From Desulfobacterales bacterium (lineage in GTDB: Bacteria; Desulfobacterota; Desulfobacteria; Desulfobacterales; UBA2245), in contig JAXGZF010000003.1 in assembly GCA_040771865.1 (NCBI GenBank), forward strand, positions 186,001-250,000: a DNA stretch of 64,000 bases, in the 5' to 3' direction. The notes under the pieces were generated by a model. It saw only the letters and a list, made by a program, of their open reading frames with translations, searched no databases and had not been told where the DNA came from. The translations under genes and the position numbers were made by a program. Of this stretch, positions 20,009-27,764 are shown in pieces; within the stretch, counting starts at the first letter, position 1, and the number at the start of each line of letters is the position of its first letter.

Positions 20009-20884
20009 TTACTGTTTCAGAGCGTTATAAAGATCAAAAGCCTTTTCAGGACTTTCATTGTCATGGACCACCGCTCTGACCGCCTGAATCATCGCGACGG
20101 GCGAAGCGCTCTGGAAAATGTTCCTGCCCATGTCCACACCGGCGGCGCCTGCCTGTATAGCCTGTCTGGCCATTTTCAGCGCGTCCAGTTCGGGCATCTT
20201 TTTCCCGCCGGCTATTACAATCGGCACCGGACATGCCGCTGTGACCGTCTCAAAACCTTCGGGGACATAATAGGTTTTGATATACTGGGCGCCCAGTTCG
20301 GCGCAGATGCGGGTGGCCAGCCGGAAATATTTGGCGTCTCGCACCATGTTCTTGCCGACAGCGGTTACCGCCAGAGTCGGTATGCCGCAGCGCATGCCCA
20401 TGTCCACCATTTTTGTCATGTTAATGATGGTTTCCTTTTCATATTCGCCGCCGATAAACACCTGCACCGCCATGGCCGAGGCATTGAGGCGCACGGCGTC
20501 CTCGATATCCAATGCCAGGGCCTCGTTGGAAAGTTCTTTAAGTATGCTTGTCCCGCCGGAGACCCTGAGAACAATGGACTTTTGCGTATCCGGAGGAATG
20601 ATGCTCCGCAGGATGCCGCGGGTCAGCATCAGCGTATCGGCATAGGGCTCCAGGGGCAGAATGTTCAGGTCGATTCTTTCCAGCCCCGTGGTCGGACCTT
20701 GAAAATAACCGTGGTCAATGGCCAGCATGACTGTTTTGCCGCTGACCGGGTTAAATATCCTGCCCAGCCTGTTTTTCATGCCCCAGTCCAGGGAGTCCGA
20801 CCCTTTTAAAAAATACCTTTTCGCTGCCTGCGGCACATCCGCATAATACTGCTTGGCTTCGTTGATTCCATCAATGTCCGGCAT
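20009..20884 (-). CDS. lsrF: LsrF-like thiolase / class I aldolase family protein
   Basis: [72 protein letters not shown] before ATG 20884. Confidence 0.88.
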   Translation of the reverse strand: MPDIDGINEAKQYYADVPQAAKRYFLKGSDSLDWGMKNRLGRIFNPVSGKTVMLAIDHGYFQGPTTGLERIDLNILPLEPYADTLMLTRGILRSIIPPDTQKSIVLRVSGGTSILKELSNEALALDIEDAVRLNASAMAVQVFIGGEYEKETIINMTKMVDMGMRCGIPTLAVTAVGKNMVRDAKYFRLATRICAELGAQYIKTYYVPEGFETVTAACPVPIVIAGGKKMPELDALKMARQAIQAGAAGVDMGRNIFQSASPVAMIQAVRAVVHDNESPEKAFDLYNALKQ

Positions 20885-20918
20885 ATTCAATCTCCTTATG
20901 TTTATAGATTCTGGCGGC

Positions 20919-21032
20919 TGAAAACACAGGCGGTCCGGGTTCTTCGGACAGGAAACCGGGATTGATCAGGGGAAACCGCAGCCCGTTCCCGCTGTAGCGA
21001 ATCAAATAAACCATAGCCGGGGCCTTTCTGTC
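20919..21032. repeat. Diverged ~115-bp direct repeat, copy 1
   Basis: Shares ACAGGCGGTC, GGGGAAACCGCAGCCCGTTCC and TAGCGAA blocks with 27412-27526. Confidence 0.8.
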
Positions 21033-21383
21033 AAAGTTTAAGTGCCGCCGCCGCAAAAGAACGACTCAGCGCAGGCGGCTGCGTTTCGAAAGAAATTTTC
21101 TCTTGACGGCAAAACCAGATGAATTGTAGGAAATGCTTTGCACCATTCAAAGCACCACAAGATTTATCAAACCGTTCCATTGCAGCACAGTTTTTGATCC
21201 TGAAAACGCAGGGCCAGGTCTTTCGTATTTATGGTGCGTATTTGGCGATCCGGACAGGACTGATTTTAATAAACCATGCTGGCAAAGAGAATACAGGACG
21301 GAACGAACTTGCCTGCGTCGATTGGTCGATGCGGCAATTCATAACTTACTTAAATCATTGTTTATAATGAGCTATGACGCAGT

Positions 21384-21554
21384 TGTGTTATACAGAGCGC
21401 CGTATATCACATGGGCCGCAAGAAGAGTTCAACCAATTGAAATTAAAAACATATTTAAAAGAAATTAGTTATTTGATATCTTCTTGTTTTGTTGGGAAAT
21501 CAAATTAAAAAACCGGACGTGATATACGGCCGGCCACCTAATATACTGATAGGT
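21384..21554 (+). promoter_or_regulatory. Putative integron attI-like/leader region
   Basis: Inverted pair CCGTATATCAC (21400)/GTGATATACGG (21519) around an AT-rich spacer, then CCTAATATACT-GATAGGT (core-like) directly before the first attC. Confidence 0.4.
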
Positions 21555-21573
21555 CGGACCGTTGCGCGCTCCG

Positions 21574-21678
21574 ACCTATCGTCTGCCCAATGGAGCTGAC
21601 TGCGGTGGTTGGCCGCCGGCATGTCTTCGTCATGCCGCGACTCAACCATCCTTGCAGCTCATCCGGCAGACGTTGGGC
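21574..21678 (+). other. attC site 1 (atypical R'')
   Basis: ACCTATC-GTCTGCC..ATGGAGCTG ... CAGCTCAT..GGCAGAC-GTTGGGC; L box with an extrahelical G; R' GTTGGGC. Confidence 0.7.
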
Positions 21679-21711
21679 GTTTGATTCTGACTGCAATAAG
21701 GAGGAAACTCA

Positions 21712-21894
21712 TTGGAAGACATTAACGAAAAATACAAGCTCTTTCAACTGACTGATGATTTGCGACAGCATTTGCTTCGTCTATCGGATTCGAGATTCCC
21801 TCTACAAAAGCCATCCGCGCGGGTGCTTGTAGAAACGCTCATTATGCAGGATGGCGAAACGAAGGTTATGAATAAGGAGGAACAGGATGCCTAA
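21712..21894 (+). CDS. Small hypothetical protein (60 aa) coupled to the protease gene
   Basis: AAGGAGG RBS, TTG start; stop overlaps the next ATG by 8 nt. Confidence 0.55.
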   Translation: MEDINEKYKLFQLTDDLRQHLLRLSDSRFPLQKPSARVLVETLIMQDGETKVMNKEEQDA

Positions 21895-22864
21895 CTGGTC
21901 GCAGTTGGTTAAAGAAATAGGGCAACTCGGCAGTCCTTTTGACATTCTTCGCCGTAAATACATTAACGAACTGGCAGCATATACAGGACGAAATGTGATT
22001 TGTTACTACAGCGGGTGGTTGCAGAAACCGGAGCTAGGCACTGCCGTTGGAGTCAACGATACCGACAAGAACGGACTGATGACAACAATCAACGGCCTTG
22101 ACGTGGAAAAGGGTCTTGATCTTGTTCTGCATACCCCCGGTGGCGATACGGCAGCTACAGAATCAATCGTTGACTATCTGTGGAGCAAGTTCACCGGTGA
22201 CATACGATGTTTCGTTCCCCAAATGGCAATGTCCTCGGGAACTATGATAGCTTGCTCCTGCCGTGAAATATGGATGGGGAAGCAGTCCTCGCTCGGCCCT
22301 ATTGACCCACACTTCAAGGGTATCCCAGCGCATGGGGTCATTGAAGAGTTTCAAAGAGCATACAAGGAAATCGTAAATGATCCTCGTACGATCCCGGTGT
22401 GGCAGCCTGTCATTGCAAAGTATTCTCCAGCCTTCATAGGCGAGTGTGAAAAGGCTGTGAAATGGTCAAATAGCCTCGTCGATGGTTGGCTCAAAAGAAA
22501 CATGCTTTCAGACACGCCAAATGCGGCTACGGTCGTTGGCAATATTATACGAGAACTTGGTGACCACTCTGTGAGTCTTGCCCATAACCGACACCTATCG
22601 CTTGCCAAGTGCAAAGAGATCGGCCTTGTAATAAAGGAACTTGAGTCAGACCAAGAGCTTCAAGACCGGGTGCTCTCGGTTCATCATATCTACTTTCATA
22701 CCCTTGCCAGCACTGCGGCTTTCAAGATAATTGAGAATCAGAACGGCATGGCCTTCATACTTCAAGCACAGCAGGTATTAATGGCCGCTCCTCCGGTTCA
22801 GCAACAGCTTGGTGCCCGGCCGAACCAATCTCAACCACAGGGGACCGAAATCCCTGAAGGCTAA
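21887..22864 (+). CDS. ClpP-fold serine protease (SDH_sah/S49-like)
   Basis: GLDLVLHTPGGD..ATESI, VPQMAMSSGTMIACS, SSLGPIDP, HNRHL; stop codon lies inside R'' of attC2. Confidence 0.88.
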   Translation: MPNWSQLVKEIGQLGSPFDILRRKYINELAAYTGRNVICYYSGWLQKPELGTAVGVNDTDKNGLMTTINGLDVEKGLDLVLHTPGGDTAATESIVDYLWSKFTGDIRCFVPQMAMSSGTMIACSCREIWMGKQSSLGPIDPHFKGIPAHGVIEEFQRAYKEIVNDPRTIPVWQPVIAKYSPAFIGECEKAVKWSNSLVDGWLKRNMLSDTPNAATVVGNIIRELGDHSVSLAHNRHLSLAKCKEIGLVIKELESDQELQDRVLSVHHIYFHTLASTAAFKIIENQNGMAFILQAQQVLMAAPPVQQQLGARPNQSQPQGTEIPEG

Positions 22865-22924
22865 CGACCGCATGAACCCGATCGTGTCCCTGGCGGGCCA
22901 CTCCGGGTTATGCAGGCGTTAGCC
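22859..22924 (+). other. attC site 2
   Basis: R'' GGCTAAC, L'' GCATGAACCCG / L' CGGGTTATGC with one extrahelical G, R' GTTAGCC; 66 bp. Confidence 0.9.
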
Positions 22925-22941
22925 ATAAAATGGAGGTCAAA

Positions 22942-23511
22942 ATGTTACGACGAATTGTAATCGGTTGTTGTATTGTTTTCATGCTTGCATCTACTTTTGC
23001 CTATGGGCAGGAACAATCAAAAAAAGAACCGGCCACGAAGATGGAGCAGTTCTTGTCCAAAAAAGGGAAACTGATTATAAAGGATTCCCATGAAGCCGGG
23101 GTTCTAAAAGGCCAGTATGGTACAAAAATTACTGTTGATGCGTTGACTATTTATGAACCAGGTAAAGAAGCAGACAAAATCCGTGGGCTCAGAATTGAAG
23201 TCTATGAAGGAGGGCGGCTTGAACGAAGCGATATTTCGTTTTTGGATATGGATGAAGTGGAAAGTCTTTCTCAAGCAATTTCGTATATGATTACTTTATT
23301 GCAAAAGTGGCAAGGAACGAACCGGGATTACACAGAGGTCATATTTTCAACAAAGGGCGATTTCCAACTAGGCTTTTACCAAAAGGGCAGTGAAGTGAGC
23401 TCCTTTTCAAAAAGCGGCGTAATTGGTGCCGCAAGTTGTTATTTCCAAACGAACGACTTGTCGAATTTAAAATCAATAATCGATAAAGGGAACTCCCTTT
23501 TAGTACAATAG
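22942..23511 (+). CDS. Hypothetical secreted protein (gene cassette)
   Basis: GGAGGT RBS just after attC2; signal peptide MLRRIVIGCCIVFMLASTFAYG. Confidence 0.8.
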   Translation: MLRRIVIGCCIVFMLASTFAYGQEQSKKEPATKMEQFLSKKGKLIIKDSHEAGVLKGQYGTKITVDALTIYEPGKEADKIRGLRIEVYEGGRLERSDISFLDMDEVESLSQAISYMITLLQKWQGTNRDYTEVIFSTKGDFQLGFYQKGSEVSSFSKSGVIGAASCYFQTNDLSNLKSIIDKGNSLLVQ

Positions 23512-23519
23512 CTTTTTTC

Positions 23520-23581
23520 GGCTAACATCGGCATTGAGGGCGACGGCAAAAAGCCGCTGCGCCTCATGCCGGTCGTTGTTC
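23520..23581 (+). other. attC site 3
   Basis: R'' GGCTAAC (exact complement of this cassette's leading GTTAGCC), GGCATTGAGG/CCTCATGCC L box with a bulge, R' GTTGTTC. Confidence 0.85.
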
Positions 23582-23590
23582 AGGAAGAAC

Positions 23591-24100
23591 ATGACCCCCT
23601 CCTTGAGATTTGAAAAGCACGAAATTACCCGCATCGCTCGTCGATATCAATACCCGATCAGCGAAACGGAACTGATGGTACTGAAGGCAACCGTGAATCA
23701 ACGCGGCCACCTTACGAAGGACGAGTTGGCGGTCGTCGCTTACTGGAAAGCTCCCCGGAGTTCCGGACATGCACGAAAGAACTCCGGAGATTACGTGGCG
23801 GAGATAAGCGGTTTCGCCCTCAAGACCAACTGCGAAAGGGCGAGAATCGAGAGCTTGACGATCCTGGATGGCGTCTCGTGGCCTACGGCATCGGTCATCT
23901 TGCATTTGTTCCACCACGACCCATATCCGATTCTCGATTATCGGGCGCTCTGGTCCGTGACTCTTGAAGTCCCCGCCCAGTACAGCTTTGGCTTCTGGTG
24001 GCCGTATGTAGAGTTCTGCCGCGCCCTTGCAGCCAGTGCAGGCGTGGACATGAGGACACTGGATCGGGCACTCTGGCAGTATTCCAAGGAGAATCAATGA
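23591..24100 (+). CDS. Helix-hairpin-helix DNA-glycosylase-like protein (gene cassette)
   Basis: LTILDGVSWPTASVIL (HhH) followed by YPILDYRAL (conserved Asp); YWKAPR and RTLDRALW motifs. Confidence 0.7.
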   Translation: MTPSLRFEKHEITRIARRYQYPISETELMVLKATVNQRGHLTKDELAVVAYWKAPRSSGHARKNSGDYVAEISGFALKTNCERARIESLTILDGVSWPTASVILHLFHHDPYPILDYRALWSVTLEVPAQYSFGFWWPYVEFCRALAASAGVDMRTLDRALWQYSKENQ

Positions 24101-24103
24101 ATT

Positions 24104-24214
24104 GCACAATCAAGGGCTCAAGCGGACCCGTAACCACCCGCGGCACATTTTGTGGTGCAGCCCGGAAGCTCATTGGCCGCCTGGTCCCGGGCCGCTTAGC
24201 CCCATCGGTCCCCT
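24104..24214 (+). other. Degenerate attC site 4
   Basis: GGGCTCAAGCGG / CCGCTTAGCCC L-box pairing with an extrahelical base; R boxes eroded (AAT / GTC). Confidence 0.6.
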
Positions 24215-24237
24215 GAATAAAAGGAACTAAAGGCGCA

Positions 24238-24688
24238 ATGATTGGAAAACTAAATGAAATTGTCCCCGAGAAGCGGATCATAAGAGCCATAATGGTCGTT
24301 CGTGGTGAAAAGGTCATATTGGATTCCGATCTTGCCGCGCTTTATGGAGCCGAAACAAGGCGCCTCAACGAACAACTTCTTAGAAATATTGATAAATTTC
24401 CTGAAGATTTCATGTTCCAATTAACCAAAGAGGAGTTCGACAACTTGAAATCGCAAATTGCGACATCAAGTTTCGGCTGGGGCATTCGTTCGACTTCGCG
24501 AGATGATTCTGACAAACGAGAAACTTTCCCATAAACTCGATGACCTGGAAAAACGCGTCAGCGATCACGATGAAATTTTGATCGACTTGATTCGAGAGAT
24601 TCGAAAGCTTATTGATGCACCAAAACCAAAAGGCAAAAGGCGGTTAATGGGTTTTATCCTGCCTGAAAAAGAAGACGATAAGCTGTAA
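24238..24688 (+). pseudogene. ORF6N-domain DNA-binding protein with internal deletion and frameshift
   Basis: [36 protein letters not shown] jumps at ~24481 to another frame, AFVRLREMI...RRLMGF; the family's central YAFTEHG segment is missing. Confidence 0.82.
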
Positions 24689-24733
24689 TTCGGAGAACAA
24701 GGGCGTTTGGCTGTGCAGAGGGAGATGCGAAAT

Positions 24734-24859
24734 ATGCAGATTCGTCATTACGAGGACGCGGATAAGCATGCCGTAGTTGCCTTTTGGCGCGAGGTTCAAG
24801 TCGATAGCGCCCTTCGCAGCGATACGGATTTTTATCGTATTTCGGACCTGTAAATTGAG
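24734..24859 (+). pseudogene. Possible N-terminal remnant of a GNAT acetyltransferase
   Basis: GGGAG RBS; MQIRHYEDADKHAVVAFWREV resembles GNAT beta1-alpha1; frame stops after 41 aa. Confidence 0.45.
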
Positions 24860-24924
24860 AACCGGCTCGCATCAATTCGGCGCGCCCGAAACAAAATTCA
24901 ACTGGAGCGTGGTAAAACAAACCG

Positions 24925-27402
24925 ATGAACATACCGAATCCCGAACTCCGGCTGGCCGAGGAATTTGTCCGGCACACCAACTGCAATATTTTTCTTACAG
25001 GCAAGGCAGGCACCGGCAAGACCACCTTTCTGCATGACATCCAAAAAAAGACCCGCAAGCGGATGGTGGTGACGGCCCCGACCGGCGTTGCCGCTATCAA
25101 TGCCGGCGGCGTCACCCTGCATTCCTTTTTTCAGCTGCCGTTCGGTCCATTTGTCCCCGGCGGCGAAGCATTCATCGGCCAGCACAGAATCCGGAGGGAG
25201 AAACAGAACATCATCCGGAGCCTTGATCTTTTGGTCATCGATGAAATCAGCATGGTCCGGGCCGACCTGCTCGATGGCGTGGACAGCGTCCTGCGGCGCT
25301 ACCGCCGCAACGAGCTGCCTTTCGGAGGGGTGCAACTGTTGATGATCGGCGACCTGCAGCAACTCTCACCGGTGGCCAAGCGCGATGAATGGCGGATCCT
25401 GCAAGAATATTACGATTCACCATATTTTTTCAGCAGCGCCGCGCTCGGCCGGACCGAGCTGATTCCCATAGAACTCAAGCACATCTACCGCCAGTCGGAC
25501 CGTCACTTCATCGAACTCCTTGGCTGCGTCCGTGACAACCGGCTCGATCCCCCCACCCTTGAAAAGCTGAATTCCCGCCATATCCCGGATTTTTCCCCGG
25601 GGGACGGGGATGGATACATTACCCTGTGCACCCACAACAGGGGCGCCGACACCATCAACGAAGCTAGGCTCAACGCTCTGCCTGGTAAAAGGCGCTGTTT
25701 TGATGCCGAACTGGGGGGTGATTTTCCGGAGCACGCCTATCCGACCGCCGGCGCCCTGGAAATCAAGATTGGAGCGCAGGTCATGTTCGTCCGCAATGAC
25801 ATGTCGGCCGAGAAACGCTACTTCAACGGCAAAATCGGCAAAATCACAGGGCTGTCGAGTGATGCCATCGAGGTGCGCTGCCCGGGGGATTCGGACAAGA
25901 TCACGGTGGAGAAAACCACCTGGGAAAATATCGAATACGCCGTCGATCCGAAAACCGCCGAGATTTCGCAAAAGGTCATTGGCACGTTCAGCCAATACCC
26001 CCTGAAACTGGCCTGGGCCATCACGATCCACAAGAGCCAGGGACTCACCTTCGACCGGGCGATCATCGACGCCCAGGCCGCCTTCGCCCACGGCCAGGTG
26101 TATGTGGCCCTGAGCCGCTGCCGGAGCTTCGAGGGAATGGTGCTCAGCTCGCCGCTGAGCGCACAGGCCGTGAAAACCGACCACACCGTTCAGAGATTCG
26201 TGAGGAACCTGGCCGGTCAGGCGCCGTCGCCGGAAAAAGTCACGGCCGAGAAAACCCGCTACCAGCGGCAGCTGATGCTGGCGTGTTTCAGTTTCGAGGG
26301 ACTGAATCGGTTGCTCGGCCGCCTGACGGGGCTTTTCTGCGGCAATTCCGGCGTGATTCATGTCTCGGGTGTGGGCGATATCATGGAGATGCAAAAACGG
26401 GCGGCGGCGGAGATCTGTGCCATCGGCGAAAAATTCAAGGCTCAGCTTCAGGGAATGTTCACCGATGACGCTCAAACAGCCGATGATCCTGTAATCCTGG
26501 AGAGGCTCGCCAAGGCATCCCGCTATTTTCAGGAAAAGTTCGATACGATCCTCTTGCCTTATCTTGAGAACATCGCGGTGGAGACGGACAACAAGGAAAT
26601 TCGAAAGAAAATCAACGATGCCCTCAAGCATCTGAGAGAGGAAACCGCGGTGAAGCTGACCGCGGTACGATCCTGCCAGGACGGATTTTCACCGGAAAAG
26701 TATCTCCGGTCGATTTCGGCCGCGGTTATGGACGTCGGGAAGGCGAAGCCGAAAACCCGAACCGGCATCTATTTCGAGGAGGACGTGGGCCACCCCGAAC
26801 TATTCGAAAGCCTGCGGAAATGGCGCAAACGGAAGGCTGCCGAGGAAGGAATCGCTCATTACCGGGTCCTGCACCAAAAAACGCTGGTGCAGATCGCGGT
26901 CCGCCTGCCCGATTCCATTTCCGCCCTGAAAAAAATCAAGGGCATCGGCAAGCGCCTGGCCGAGAGATACGGCGAAGAGCTTGTGAATATGGTGGCCGAC
27001 TATCTTCGGAAGCACGGGATTGAAGGAACGGCCCCGCCCGAACCGGCGACTATCGAGCCCCCGGAAGGGCCGAAAGCGCGGCCAACAGGGAGCCGGGACA
27101 CCAGGAAGCTCAGCCTTGAATTATTCGATCGGGGGCTTTCCATTCTCCAGATCGCCGCTGAGCGGAAACTGACAGCCTCCACAGTCGAGGGGCACCTGGC
27201 ATTTTTCGTTTCAAAAGGCGAACTTGAAATCGGCCGGGTGCTTCAGGATGAAAAGCGGCGGATCATAGAGCAAAAAATCTCAGAAATGCCGGGAACGCCA
27301 TTGAAGGAGCTGAAAACGGCCCTCGGAGATGCGTATTCCTACGGTGAAATCAAATTGGTCCTCGCCCACCTCGAACAACAACAAGGGGCGTTTGGGCATT
27401 GA
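24925..27402 (+). CDS. PIF1/RecD-like SF1B helicase with HRDC and C-terminal HTH domains
   Basis: TGKAGTGKTT, DEISMV, GDLQQL, LAWAITIHKSQG, YVALSR; HRDC LFESLRKWR..KIKGIGKR; HTH IAAERKLTASTVEGHL. Confidence 0.93.
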   Translation: MNIPNPELRLAEEFVRHTNCNIFLTGKAGTGKTTFLHDIQKKTRKRMVVTAPTGVAAINAGGVTLHSFFQLPFGPFVPGGEAFIGQHRIRREKQNIIRSLDLLVIDEISMVRADLLDGVDSVLRRYRRNELPFGGVQLLMIGDLQQLSPVAKRDEWRILQEYYDSPYFFSSAALGRTELIPIELKHIYRQSDRHFIELLGCVRDNRLDPPTLEKLNSRHIPDFSPGDGDGYITLCTHNRGADTINEARLNALPGKRRCFDAELGGDFPEHAYPTAGALEIKIGAQVMFVRNDMSAEKRYFNGKIGKITGLSSDAIEVRCPGDSDKITVEKTTWENIEYAVDPKTAEISQKVIGTFSQYPLKLAWAITIHKSQGLTFDRAIIDAQAAFAHGQVYVALSRCRSFEGMVLSSPLSAQAVKTDHTVQRFVRNLAGQAPSPEKVTAEKTRYQRQLMLACFSFEGLNRLLGRLTGLFCGNSGVIHVSGVGDIMEMQKRAAAEICAIGEKFKAQLQGMFTDDAQTADDPVILERLAKASRYFQEKFDTILLPYLENIAVETDNKEIRKKINDALKHLREETAVKLTAVRSCQDGFSPEKYLRSISAAVMDVGKAKPKTRTGIYFEEDVGHPELFESLRKWRKRKAAEEGIAHYRVLHQKTLVQIAVRLPDSISALKKIKGIGKRLAERYGEELVNMVADYLRKHGIEGTAPPEPATIEPPEGPKARPTGSRDTRKLSLELFDRGLSILQIAAERKLTASTVEGHLAFFVSKGELEIGRVLQDEKRRIIEQKISEMPGTPLKELKTALGDAYSYGEIKLVLAHLEQQQGAFGH

Positions 27403-27411
27403 TATATTGAT

Positions 27412-27526
27412 TGAAAGACAGGCGGTCTGGTTTTTCCCGACTGGTAATCGGAATTTGCAAAGGGGGAAACCGCAGCCCGTTCCAGCCATAGCGAAGCAAA
27501 AAAACTACAGCTTGGCCTTCCGGGTC
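27412..27526. repeat. Diverged ~115-bp direct repeat, copy 2
   Basis: Colinear with 20919-21032. Confidence 0.8.
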
Positions 27527-27764
27527 CGGAAAAACCATGCCGGCCAAACGCCTGCCCCTGTCCTGCCGCCGTTGAGCTTTGAAGCCATCGAAACAACCCG
27601 CTTTCATTTTATTGAAAAACAGTATATGGAAAAAAATTTAAAAGGCTTCAACAGGCTTGTCCGTCAGCCTTGAATTCAGGATCGTTTCCGTTATTCGGCT
27701 TGAAATCAGATGCGTCGTTCAAGGCCGGGCAACCGGACCGATTCATGGAAAGGAAAATATTGTG

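Noticed and set aside
21050..21400. Possible integron integrase or remnant upstream of the attC array
   Set aside because: The short ORFs show no tyrosine-recombinase motifs (HxLRH, TxIYTH).
21400..24720. CRISPR array
   Set aside because: The repeated elements are non-identical palindromes separated by whole genes; no cas genes or regular spacers anywhere in the window.
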